Positions 40,604-54,150 of a stretch of 64,000 nucleotides of DNA are shown here, piece by piece. Location of the stretch: the NCBI RefSeq assembly GCF_008831285.2, contig NC_045138.2:16368001-16432000 (forward strand). Direction: 5' to 3'. The stretch comes from Nymphaea colorata (taxonomy: Eukaryota). The position numbers and the translations under genes were made by a program. The stretch's first letter is position 1. The number at the start of each line of letters is the position of its first letter. Under the pieces are notes generated by a model. The model had not been told where the DNA came from, made no database searches, and worked only from the letters and a program-made list of their open reading frames with translations.

Positions 40604-41472
40604 GAAGAGTTGAAACTTGAAAATAATGAACAGAAATCGAGCTCACTCTTTGTGCAAGTCCCTGTCTTTGGATCCCACTGTAAACCAGCGTTGCATATAC
40701 AGCGGGTTATCCTATCGCCTGCAGCTGTCCGATCCATTAAGCATCTTGAGTTGGGCACCGCCTCCCAGCAGTCCGTCTGGTTCTGGCACTCTAATTCAGG
40801 CGGGGATGCCCATTGCACCTGCACTCCTTCCTGCCACTCTTGTACCGGCAACTTATCATCCAGGTTCACGAAGCTCCTGTATGCCGTACAACTCCTGGCG
40901 ATTATATTGTATGATGATACGGTGCCTCCTATTCTGCCGGAGCAGCAAATGTTCGAACTCCGGCAGCTTGCCATCTCTGGCGGCGCCTGCTTCAGATAGG
41001 CCCAGCAACTGCCCGGGTTGGAGCTCTGAGTGGAGCAGTCTAAGAGTCCTCTGTTCATAAACTGAACGGAGCAATTCAGCAAGAAGACCGTGTTGTCCGT
41101 CGTGAAATTGAACGGCAGACTATGGTTCAGCTTGACGCCCTCGTAGACGAAATCGGTCGTTTGGCACGAATTTCCGATCAGTCTTGCCGGTTGCAAGATG
41201 AATGTCTGCGACTGGGGATCGATGCTTGTTATGGGATATTCTGTCCCGCTTATGCTTCTCAAGAACAGAGCTCCGGTGGATGTGTTGCAGATGACGGGGT
41301 AGTTGGGATCGCCGCATCCTGGTGATGTGCTGAGGGGATAGGGAACGGGTGTCGAGCCGCAGTTTCCGCATTGTTTTGCGGCGGAACAGCTTAGGAGGAG
41401 GAGGACGGCAACGCAGAAGATCGAAATCCCGGTGGACGGCCATTGATGCAGAGGAGCTTGGGCGCCTTCCAT
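38634..41472 (-). CDS. WAKL20-like receptor kinase W2, ~647 aa; exons 41472-40647, 40270-40214, 39694-38634
   Basis: Same architecture as W1; exon lengths 826+57+1061 keep the frame; kinase motifs intact. Confidence 0.92.
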
Positions 41473-44400
41473 TCTGCTCAAGTTGGAGGCACTCCGGGGG
41501 AGGAATATGTACAGTGAGATTCTATCGACAATTCAGACTATTGCATGCCCATATGATCCCACGAAACGTATTTAACTACATATTAAATGTCTTCAACCGT
41601 TTGCTTTGTGCCCTGATGAAGAACCATTCTACTACATATTTGAAGGTTTTATTTTTTTTTCTTTTTTTTTTAAATTTACTTTTACGATAATATCACAAAT
41701 AAAAGGATAAAAACAATCAAATCCCAAACTAAAAATAATGAAATGTATTTGTCAGGTTGTCAGGTTGAAGATGTTAAATAAGACTAGTTGAAGAAGAAGA
41801 TTTAATTAAAACTTGTTGTCATGTTATGTATAAGCTTCCTTATTGCGTTGTCCCCCGAAGCATGGTGCATCCAGCTCTCTTCATTATAAAAAGAACATAT
41901 TAAAAACAATGGCCTACTACTAGGTAGTCAATAGAGCAGAGTGATCGAGAATCTTCCCCAGTTCCCAGCAAATTAGAGTACTTAAAAATGTGAGAGCAAT
42001 CAACGTTTGCATACTCCATAGGGAAAATGATCAAACGAGCTGTTATACTTTTTTTTTAGTTGATTTCATTTAAAATATATGATATATAGTAAACAGTTAT
42101 GGTAAATGCATGTACTTGTCAATTTTAATTAAGGAATTAAAATCGCTTACAGTTAATTATTTTGGGCAAATTAGGATTTCTAGGAGCTACACTGTGCCAA
42201 AGATATCAATTATCATCTTGAGTAAAAGGGAGACCAAAATAAATAAAAAAAAATTAGTCAAAAATAAGGTAGGGATCACCGAGTGATAATGGACCAAATA
42301 AGTCGACTGTATAATGACTGCATAGAAACCGTTTGACATTAACAAATTAGACCCCATCAGTAGTGTAACCTTTAGAAGAAGAAGGGACATTTCTCATTGA
42401 TTCATTATTATAACCCTATACATTAGGACCATAAGGGGGGGTTGGATGCTTCGGTTCTTAACTAAGCTGTAAAATGAAATACTTTTCCTATTCACACAGA
42501 TTTATTATTATAACCAAATTATTGCAGCTAAGTAAAAGAGGCAACCCTTCGAAACTCATCCAGAAAGGTAGGGGAGCTACATTTTAAATATCAAGTTTTT
42601 AAAGTTTCCTTTCAACTACCAAACTCTTTATTTTGAATCGGTATTAAATGTCACATATTTGCCTGCATTTGAAACTTTCTGTCTGCCACGTTACGGCCGG
42701 ATTTCAGCCATGAAGAGTGCCAACATTAATTAGGGCACGCTCCCAGCTACCTGGATATTGCTGTTGCCAACTTCAAGATCTTGTTAAGTCTAATTATTGA
42801 TCCGGTTTTTGTATTTTTTTTTCCATGTACGGTTCACTTACATATAGTAAAAGAAGAGTTATTTTATGTTGACCTAACATAATTGACGCAAACATTTTTG
42901 AGTTCTCTCCTACTCATGACTGCATCGGCAAAGTGCCAACGAAGCACAGACTCCGTGATCAAGAGAGGCCACAAGTTGCAGACTACGAAAAGCTTTCAAT
43001 TGTTATACATTGACCTGAACTTCATCACCAGGCAAATGGGCTCGGAGTTGATCATTCCGTGATTGGATATATGGGCTCATGACTCGTTTTCATAACAGGG
43101 TCGGCAGAGTTTGCCAGCGAACACACTTTTTTTTAATCGGGACAGCCATAAGCTGCATCAGCAGAGTTGCCAGCGGACAGACTTTTTTAATCAGGACAGC
43201 TATAAGCTGCAGAATACAAAGAAATTTTAATTGTTCTGAACGGAGGTGAGTTTGAGTACTGATCACCAGGCAAGTGGGTTCATTTTTAACGCTAATGTGG
43301 CATATCCTTACTTAGAAGAAGCAATTGGATGCCCGGTATAGTTGTATCTCGTCAATTTGTTCTAATTTGGCTCTCGCTTTGGACTTGCTGATCCATACTG
43401 TTTTTGAAAATCAAGCTACATGTGCCACTAGGTAAGACCCGGGAATTACATGCCATCTGGTCAGTTCTTGATCTGGATTCATCCAGCCAACGCTTTCTGA
43501 TTAACTTCATCAAGCTGCCTCGTCCATACTGAGTACAAAAAGCATGTTCTGTAGTGCCTATTTTGATTGGATGACATTAAGTGCATGCTCATTAAAGGCC
43601 ATAGGATTTTAGCTTGCAGTCATGCCTTTTAATCCAACCTTTGAGAATGTATTGTTTTAAATTTTATAAATGAGAAGAATTAGTTTTGGCACACAACAAT
43701 GCAATTTCTCCCTTTAGAAAGTTTTATCCCATTTGCCAAAATCCCCTCCACAATTTCCTTATCCAGTCTATCTACTCCACATCAGCCCCATGTCTTTCCC
43801 TCTCCCCCTTTGCATCCTAGCTCTAGCATTTCACCTGGTACCAATATAATCTAGCTCTAAGTATTAGGCTGGGGCATGTGAAAATGGGGGTCAATATGAG
43901 CGTGTAGCAGGGAAGACCTCCATGGAAGAGGTGTTCGGTGTAGGGGGAGATTTCTAGAAAGAAATTGAACATGGGAAATAGATCTGATTCATGTACATTT
44001 GAGAAGGGATTGTAAGTGTTAGATGACGATGTAGGGTGTGCTTCGAATAGTTCTTCAGCTGAGGTTGGAGGAGCTCATAGCAGTTTATCAGGCTCAATGG
44101 TTTTAATGTGGAGTGCAAGGAAAATCTGGACAAGAATCAAAGTAAAAGATTGGACAATCTAACAACTGTTACTTTCTGTGTCATGGATTACAGACTGAAT
44201 CGGGTACCGGTTCGTGCATACTCAGATGATCTCCTGGGCCTTCGCCACATGTGCATTGATTCTGGTTATGCAAAAAAAACTAAGAGAGGTAGGTTTCTCT
44301 TGGCACAAGTGGCTTCCACTATATAGGAGGAAAGAACATATAGGACCCAACACATGGTCCTGATTCTACAGGTCACACCTGAATAAAAGATGAAAGTACA

Positions 44401-44554
44401 TTCCTAACAAATCATGAAACTGACCACCCAAAATAGACCTACTTTGGAAACCCAGTTCTACACTTTTCTAGATGCAAAGGTAGCATTAGTCTGCTTGCTG
44501 CTAATACTCAACTCAATCTCTTTAACAGTTTCTTTCCATCTGGACAAACAGATT

Positions 44555-47500
44555 CTATGCTTGGACGGATGCAAAGGGAGCAGCAGTTTTTTCGCTTGTA
44601 ATGAGGTACTGAATCTCCTCTGCAACATCCTTCATTGATGGTCTGTCCTGCCTTCTCTCCTCGAGGCAACCCATCGCAAGAGAGCACAAGGCCTTCATCG
44701 AATCCGAAATTCTTGGTGAAGCTCCCCTTCTTAACTCTTCATCCACTACTTCCATAACCTTTCCTTCATTCACTCTGTGTTGAACGTACACAAACAAGTT
44801 CACTTCCCTTGGATCTCTCTGATAGTCTATGACCCTCTTGGATGTCAAGAGCTCAAGTAGAACCACACCAAAGCTGTACACATCACTCTTGTCTGTTAGC
44901 TGGTAGTTCCTATAGTACTCAGGATCCAAATAACCAATTGTACCCTGTACACATGTTGATACGTGCGTCTGCTCAGGATCAATCAGCCTAGATAGCCCGA
45001 AATCAGAGACCTTGGCATTGCATTTATCGTCAAGAAGAATGTTGCTTGATTTGACGTCGCGGTGATAGATCGGGGGCATTGCCGAGGAATGAAGGTAAGC
45101 AAGTCCTTCTGCAGTTTGATGAGCAATCTTGAGTCTTTGATGCCAATTGAGGAAGCCATATCGATCAGTGTAGATGTGTTCATATAGAGTTCCATTGGGA
45201 ATGAACTCATAGACCATGACCGGTAGTTCTAGCTCAACGCAGCAGCCTAGCAGGCGGACAAGGCTTCTGTGGTTGACCTGTGAGAGGATGTTCACCTCAT
45301 TCAGTACCTGGTCTGTGCCCTTGGTGTTATCAACCTTGGCAATCTTGACAGCAATTGGAGTGCCATTTTCAAGAAAGCCTTTGTAGACTGCTCCAAAACC
45401 GCCTTCGCCAAGAAGCCGGTCTTTGGAGAAAGAGTTTGTGGCCTTCTTTATTTCTCTTCCACTGAAGAGCTTGGCAGATCTCCCACCGCTGTTGGCTGAC
45501 AGAATCTCTTCTCTCTCTTTTGTCAGCCTCTCATGTGCCTCCTTGGCCAGCATTCGCCTTCTATATATCAGGGAGCCGATAAACATCAAGGAAAGTGCCA
45601 GAGCAGATGTGAACCCTGTCGACGAAAAAATCTCTGTAATTAATTTATCAGTTCTAGTGCACGAACAGGAACAATGGAGACTTCAAGTAACAACAATGTT
45701 CCTGTAAATTTTGCTCCAATTATTTCAATTTTATTTGCAAGTTTAGAAACCAATTTAATTTGTGGACCATAATCACCTGATCTCCTAGACCATCCTGCCA
45801 TTATTAACGCTGTTATGATCAGAACAAAGCCAAACAGACAATCAGATAAATATCCAGGCTATGTAATCTGCCTCTACTATAATTTTATGAAGCATTCTGG
45901 ACTCTTTGAGCTTCTGAATTATTGATTTTCCTCAAGGTGTGTGTTTGCTGCCATGATTTTGGCGATAGAAGGAGATTAATTATGGTTCCTACGGCGATGA
46001 ATGGAAAACTGGTACAAGTTTTAATCCATCAAGTACTGTGGGAAATATCTACAACTTGTAATGGTATGTTCAGATGGAGTATATGGCTCCAAATGCTTGA
46101 TTCTGCTACCAATATTGTTGAAACATGTTTCCAAGTCAACTTCATAACCTCCACACTTCTTTCCTTGATAAAAATTTGAGAGATAGCGTCATGAAATCAG
46201 GCTGAATGGGCCCCTTCCAATCCAGTTGATGGCAAATAGATTCAGTTTCTCAGTCTATACATTGGAGACATTTTCTTTGATATTTAAAAGAAAAAAAAAT
46301 CTTTTCTACTTATTTCTATATAAATTTCACTTTAACTTTTGTTAGAACTGTTACAATACTTTTAGGGATTCAAAATTCTTGAATTGGCTGATACAATGAG
46401 CAGGCCGCCTCTTCAATTTGACCCGATTTTTTATGTCAATAACGATGGATTTGATTTCGAGCAAGTTTTTGACTAAAATTAACTTTCTGTACTATGAAAT
46501 ATATTGAATTTACAGCGCTTTACCTTTAGTTCAGAAAAACTTGCAAAGCGAATAGTCTTAAGCTGAAAATTTTACTTGTGTTTGATTGAGGTGAAAAGGT
46601 GTTCTGAAGGTGAGTAGAAATTATATGTAATCAAACATGCATTTGGAAGCATTTGATAGCCCTCAAAAAGATCTCATCGGACGTACTTGACGGGTTTCAA
46701 TTTTCATTTCATCGTATACATTTAAGCATGCAGACAACATATGCGGTAGATGGGATTATTATGTAATAAAAAATGACAGCCAAAGATATATTGAGAAGAG
46801 TTTCGTCGTTCTACCTGTTACAGGAGCGATATACCATACTTTGTGACATCTCCACCATTTCCGACACTCTTGGACGACTGCAATGCAAAGAAACAGGTGA
46901 AAACTTTATTTACGGAAAAGCATGGGAAGCACAATGACCTTCAGTTACTGCAATTCGGGTCCATCGGGAAACGAGTTAGAAAACATCTAGCCGGAATTGT
47001 TAAATTCTGGAATGAAAATTTTCATTTTTTTGATGAAATGTTGTCAAACAAAGAATTTTGATTCTAAAATTATAGGTTCATTCTTGAATGAGAATTTCAG
47101 AATTGAGATTGTACATTAAGGGGTGGATTATGTTCCTAAATTTTTTATTTTTTTCACATCTCATTAAGGCACAAATCATGAAGGTTTTAATTCATGAAAA
47201 TATAACTGTAATTTATGTTCCATCAAATATATGATTTTGAATTCTGGAATCAAAATTCAGGACTATCAAAGACAAAATAAACTAAATCTGGAATTCTCGT
47301 TTCAATTCAAGTTTAAGGTGAAATTTTGTTTTTAAAATTTTAATTCTAGAATCAAAATTCAAAGCCCTCAAAAGCCCTTTCTTCAATAACTATGCAACTA
47401 ACCATTGGAAAAACATTCACACATGTTCAACCTCATATATATCTGAAAAACTCGGAGTTAAAGAACATAAATCGAGCTCACTCTTTCTGCACATCCCTTC

Positions 47501-48305
47501 CATCGGCTCCCACTGGAAACCAGCGTTGCATATACAGCGCCTCGTCCCATTGCCTGCAGCACTCGGATCCATCGAGCATGTTGAGTTGGACACAGCCACC
47601 GAGCAGTCCGCCTGGTTCCGGCACTCCAATTCCGGTGGGGATCTCCATTGAACCTCCACTCCTTCCTGCCACTCCTGTATCGGCAACGCCATGTTCAGGT
47701 TGACGTAGCTCTTGTATGCTGTACAAACCTTTAAGAGTATATTGTATGGTAATTGGGCTCGCACGGCGCCAGTGCGTGTGCAGCAAATGCTCCAACTCCG
47801 GCAGGTTGCCACCTCCTGCGGTCCCTGCTTCAGATAGGTCCAGCAACGGCTCGAATTGGAGCTCTGAGTCGAACACTCGTATAATCCTAGCGTGATCATC
47901 TCAGCGGTGCAATTCAGCAGGAAGATCGTGTTATTTGTTGTGAAATTGAACGGCAGGCTTTGGTTCAGCTTAATGCCATTGTAGATGAAATCGGACGTCC
48001 GGCACGAATTTCCGATGAGTTCCGCCGGTTGAAGGATGAATGTTTGTGAGGGGATCGATGCTTGTTATGGGATAGTCCGCCCCTCCTTCGCTTCTCAAGA
48101 ACAGAGCTCCAGCGGATGTGTTGCAGAAAACGGAGTAGCTGGGGTCGCCGCATCCTGGTGATGTGCTGAGCGGGTAGGGAACGGCGGTCGACCCGCAGTT
48201 TCCGCATTGTTTTCCGGCGGAACCATATAAGAGGAGGAGGATGAAAAGGCAGATCGAAATTCCGGTGGACGGCAAGTGAAACAGAGGAGCATGAGCAACT
48301 TCCAT
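44555..48305 (-). pseudogene. WAKL20-like receptor kinase W3, frameshifted in exon 1; exons 48305-47482, 46877-46815, 45615-44555
   Basis: 2-bp deletion at ~48049 relative to W4 (TTGTGA--GGGGATCG vs TTGTGACAGGGGATCG) gives a stop at 47970-47972; exons 2-3, splice sites and kinase are intact. An assembly error cannot be excluded. Confidence 0.8.
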
Positions 48306-50539
48306 GTTGGCTGGTTTGCAGGCGCTCCGGAGGGAATTTTGTACTACTGAGATTCTACCGCCAGTCTGGTCCAAGAAACTTATCTACATACTAATGTCTT
48401 CAACATTTGCTTGCTTGGTGCCTTTAACCATTCACACTACATATTTGATGGTTCTCATTTTTAATATACTTGGCGCCAATATATATATATATATATATAG
48501 CGTAGCACTAAGAATTGTTTAGAAACGGAATGACTTTTTCAAGACGTCTAACTTTAACTAAATTACTCCATAGGGGGTCAGGATAATCCTATAATGAATT
48601 GTTTTCTTATGTTATATGTAACATCGTAGAAAAATATCACAAATGAAAGGATGCAGAAAATCATATCCTAAATGAAATAAAAATAATCAAATGAACTTGT
48701 GAAGTTCTCAGGTTGAAAATTTTAAATAAGTCTAGTTGAAGAAGATTTAATCAAACCTTGTTGTTTTGTTGTTTGTAAGCTTCTTATTCCGAACCAGGGT
48801 GGTTAAGAAAAATATATTAAAAACAATGACCTTGTACTGGATAGTCAATAAGACAGCGACCGAGAACCTTCCCCCATTCTAAATGTTATATATATATAAG
48901 CAATTATTGTTTATATACATATGTACATAACATATTATAATATATACTTATTATACCTATATCATATATAATAATATTGTTATGACATAAGTATAACGTT
49001 ATATACATATAATTATATGTTGATGCACATAACATATTCATATATATAATTGCATATAAACTACATATTGTATAATGTAATAATATATACAATATTATAT
49101 ATTATTATATATATATAGTATGTTTTTCCTTGTACTTGTTCAGTTGTTGTGCATGTTTGTTTACTATGAAAGCAGATGATCGATGAGCGCTAGTGCTTAT
49201 ACGCATAACTTTTAATTTAAGTAATTCATTAGTGTCGATTTCCATAACTGTTAAGTAGTTGAGAAGGTTTTTAATGTAAGAGCAATCAACGTTTGCATAC
49301 TCCACTGGAAAAATGGTAGAACGAACTCTTCTAAGTTTTTCAGTTGGTTTGATTTAAATATATGATATATAATAAACAGTTAAGGTAAATGCATGTACTT
49401 GTTATCTTTAATTAAATAACTAAAATCGCTTGCAGTTATTTCGAGCAGATTAGGATTTCTAGGAGCTAGTGGCTTTCAATAAAAGGGAGACCAAAATAAA
49501 TTTTAAAAATTAGTGAAAAGCAAGGTAGGGATCACCGAGCTAGTGATAATGTGCCATGTCGACTATATAATGACTGCTTAGTAGCCGTTTGACATTAACA
49601 AATTAGACTCAACCAACATTATAACCATTAGAAGAAAAAGAGATATTTCTCATTGATTCATTAGTGCAACCAAATAAATTAAAGAAGAAGCCCTTTGAAA
49701 CCCAATGACAAAGGAAGTGGGGAACTACACTTTAAATATGAAGTTTTAAGTTTCCTTTCAGCCACCAAATTCTTTAGTTCGAATCGGTACTAAAATATTG
49801 CATATTTGCCTGCATTTGAAATTGCCGGTCCCCCAGGATGAATACCAACATGCTCTCAGTTGCCTGGAAATTGCTGTTGCCAACTTCAGGATTGTATTCA
49901 TTCTAACTCTTAATCTGGCTTTTGTGTTTGTCCATGTACGGTTCACTTTCATCTAAGAAAAGGAGAGATTATTTTTTGCTGACCTAACATAATTGATTCG
50001 AACATGCTTGGGTTCTCTATTAGGTACGTAGGCCCCTAGTCGTGACTGCATTGGCAAAATGCCAACGGAACACAAACTGTCATCAGCGGAGCCCATAGTT
50101 GCAGACTACAAATGAAGGTCGAGTCCTCCCTTTTTTTGGTCTAAAAGGTCTAAGACTGGTTTATGGTGTCTGGGGTTGATGCCCCGTTATGTTTCAACTT
50201 GGAGAAATGGACTCACATGAACATGGTTGATCAGTTCCGTGATTGGGTTGTCTCCTCTTGAGAACTGAGTCGGCGAGAGTTTGGCGGAGAACAAACTTTC
50301 TGATGAGGACAGCGCATAAGCTGCATAATACAAAGAAATTTTAGTTGTTAGATACGGAGCTACATATACAAGAACCTACTCTTAAAAGTAGTAGAAGCAA
50401 AGTTATTAATTTTTTAATCTGTTCATTCATATTAACCCAAGTTGACGACAGTATCATTATATTCAGATCCAAGTTGCAACTTATGACTCTAGCAACGTAA
50501 ATTAATGCATTCTACAAGGTTTATTAGTTCAAACCTCAG

Positions 50540-51400
50540 GTCGAACGGTGGTTATTTTGGTTTGTGAGAACATGATTCAATGAGCTACGAAGCAGGTTGA
50601 AGGAATGTGAGTTAAACAAAGTTCTGCACCTTCTATGAGGTTAACGGGCACCTTACAACTACAGTATGTGGAAGGAAACCTACCCCTAAACTTGGATGGT
50701 GGGTGTTGATCAAGGTTTCGAGAAGGCTTGGATGTTGAGGTGATTTGCAGCAAAATGGTAAATAGGGATGCACCGTTTTTATTGATAAGGGAGTGGATGT
50801 GGAAGATGGCTATCGTCCCAACCTTCTTCTTTTGCGAGGGAAGGGAATCTTGATACAGGTGCTGATCAAGATGCGAACATTTGTGCGACGGAAGAACTGG
50901 TGGATTTGTCTATTAATCTAAACGATGTGTAACGGATTCCAGTATCTGTGGTTTCATGTCTTAGTAAATCTACATCTTTGGATCCTTTTTATGGTATGGA
51001 TTGTTATGGTCGCAAGGGGATTAGCTTTATGTTGGGATGGAGTGGAGGATCTTTGCCCTCCTAGTTACTCACTGGGGTTTGGGGATGAGTTGAAGGCTTA
51101 GGACGTTGAAGGCATTGAAGGAGGACAAGGGCAGGGGTTCGTCGAGGTTTTTGTTGTGTATTAGAGTGGGACATGCGAAATTTGGGATGAATATGAGCTT
51201 GTACCAAGGAAGACCTCGAAGGAAGAGGTGTTGGGTGTTGGGGGAGATTTCTAGCAAGAAATTGAACATGGGTTACAGATCTGATTAATACATTTGAGAA
51301 GGGATTGCAAGTGTTAGATGAGGAAAATGTAGGGGTTCTTCGAATAGTTCCTCAGCTGATGATGAAGGAGCTCATAGTAGTTCATCGTCCTCCAATGGTT
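50540..51400 (-). mobile_element. Possible degenerate LINE remnant downstream of W4 (partial homolog at ~43870-44100)
   Basis: Broken reading frames including LPWYKLIFIPNFACP, loosely reminiscent of the L1 post-RT region; no RT motif seen. Confidence 0.25.
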
Positions 51401-51883
51401 TTAATGTTCAGTGCAAGGAAAATCTGGACAAGTATCAAAGTGAAAGATTGAACAAACTAACAAATGTTCATTTCTGTGTCATGAATTACAGACTGAATTT
51501 AGCGCCACTTCATGCATACTCTGACCTTCTGAGCCAACGCCACATGTACATTGGTTATGCTTGTCCAAAACTAATGAAGAGAGGTAGGTTCATTTCTCTA
51601 GGCAGATATGGCGTCCTCAATATAGGAGGAAAGAACATATAGGACCCTGCACATGGTCCTGGTTCAACAAATCACACTTGAATAAAAGATGAAAGTACAT
51701 TCCTAACAAATCATCAAAATGACTACCCAAAATAGGCCTACTTTTGAAACATTATTCTACGCTTTCATAGGGACAATTGTAGCGTCAGTTTGCTTGCTGC
51801 TAACGGTCTACTCAATCTCCTTCACAACTTGCTACCTAAACAAACAAATTCTACGCTTGGAGGGATGCAAAGGGAGAAGCAGT

Positions 51884-54116
51884 TTACTGGTTTGCAATGA
51901 TGTACTGAATCTCTTCTGCAACATCCTTCATCGATGGTCGGTCCTGCCTTCTCTCCTCAAGGCAACCCATTGCAAGAGAGCACAAGGCCTTCATCGACTC
52001 CAAACTTCTTGGTGAAGCTCCCCATCTCAACTCTTCATCCACTACTTCCGTAACATTCCCTACATTCACCCTGTGTTGAACATACACAAACAAGTTTACT
52101 TCCCTTGGATCTCTCTGATAGTCTATGACCTTCTTAGATGTCAAGAGCTCAAGTAGAACCACACCAAAGCTGTACACATCACTCTTGTCTGTTAGCTGGT
52201 AGTTCCTATAGTACTCAGGATCCAAATAACCAATTGTACCCTGTACACATGTTGATACGTGCGTCTGCTCAGGATCAATCAGCCTAGATAGCCCGAAATC
52301 AGAGACCTTGGCATTGCATTTATCGTCAAGAAGAATGTTGCTTGATTTGACGTCGCGGTGATAGATCGGGGGCATTGCCGAGGAATGAAGGTAAGCAAGG
52401 CCTTCTGCAGTTTGATGAGCAATCTTGAGTCTTTGATGCCAATTGAGGAAGCCATATCGATCAGTGTAGATGTGTTCATGTAGAGTTCCATTGGGAATGA
52501 ACTCATAGACCATGACCGGTAGCTCTAACTCAACACAGCAGCCTAGCAGGCGGACAAGGCTTCTGTGGTTGACCTGTGAGAGGATGCTCACCTCATTCAG
52601 TACCTGGTCTGTGCCCTTGGTGTTATCAACCTTGGCAATCTTGACAGCAATTGGAGTTCCATTTTCAAGAAAGCCTTTGTAGACTGCTCCAAAACCGCCT
52701 TGGCCAAGAAGCCGGTCTTTGGAGAAAGAGTTTGTGGCCTTCATCATATCTCTTCCACTGAAGAGCTTGGCAGATCTCCCCCCGCTGTTGGCTGACAGAA
52801 TCTCTTCTCTCTCTTTTGTTAGCCTCTCATGTGCCTCCTTGGCCAGCATTCGCCTTCTATATAACAGGGAGCCGATAAACATCAAAGAAAGTGCCAAAGC
52901 AGATGTAAACCCTGTCGATGAAAAAATCTCTGTAATTAAATTTGTCATTTCTAGTGCACGAACAGAAACAGTGGAGGCTTCAAGTAACAACAATGTTTGT
53001 AAATTTCGCTCGAATTATATCAATTTTATGAGCAGGTTTACAGAATTACTTTAATTTGTGGACCCTAATCACCTAATCTCCTAGACCATCTTGCCATTAG
53101 TAACGTTATTATCCTCAGGAAGAAGCCAAACAGAATCATATAAATGTTCATACCAAGTAAATTTCAGAGATAGTGTTATGAAATCAGGCTAAATGGGCCC
53201 GTTCAAATCCAGTTGATTGCAAATCGATTCACTTTATCAGTCTATACAGGGGAGCCACATGTCGTAAACCATTCATTTTCTTAGATATTTTGAAAATTTT
53301 CTTTTTTCAAAATTTTTCTATATAATTTTTACTTGCTCTTTTGCTAAAAATGTTGGGATAATTTTAGCAAATCAAAGCCCTTGAACCTTGTGAGACATTT
53401 ATATACTGTTAGGATACTTCGTTAGAAATGTTAGGATACTTTTAGCAAAACAGAGTCCTTGAATCTTGTGATACTTTTATTTTATATCACTATTCAGAGA
53501 TGTCAATAATGCTGGATTTGTTTAAAATCAAACCCATCGATCATGTTTTTGACTAAAATGATCTTTCTGTATATGATGTATTGAATTTACACTGCCTTGT
53601 TTTTAGTTCAGAAAATCTTCCAACCTGGGAAGTCTTTGTCAACTGGAATAATTGGCCAAATTGCACACCTGGAGGGCCTATTTGGTTGGAGAAATAAGTT
53701 TCAAGTAGAAAACCATTTTTGTAATGTGAGAAGAGTCTTACAAATCAAACATGTTTTAATTGGTAGCTTCTGACAACTCTCAAAGAGATTTCATGGGATA
53801 TACTTGACGGAATTCAAGTTTCGTTTCATCAGACACATTTAAGTATACAGACAACATATATCGTAGACGGCATTATTGTGCTATAAAAAATGATACCCAA
53901 AAATATATTGAGAAGAATTGCGCCGTTATACCTGCTACAGGGGCGATGTACCATATTTTGTGACATCTCCACCATTTCCGACACTCTTGGACAACTGCAA
54001 TGCAGAGAAACAGGTGAAAACTTTGTTTACGGAAAGCAAGGGAAGCATAATGATCTTCAGTTAGTCCAACAAGTTAGAAAACAAATTATCAAGAGAATCA
54101 CCCATACACATTGTTT

Positions 54117-54150
<34 letters not shown>

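Noticed and set aside
48885..49120. Extremely AT-rich insert in the W3 upstream region, absent upstream of W2
   Set aside because: Looks like a degenerate (AT)n expansion; no TIR or TSD identified.
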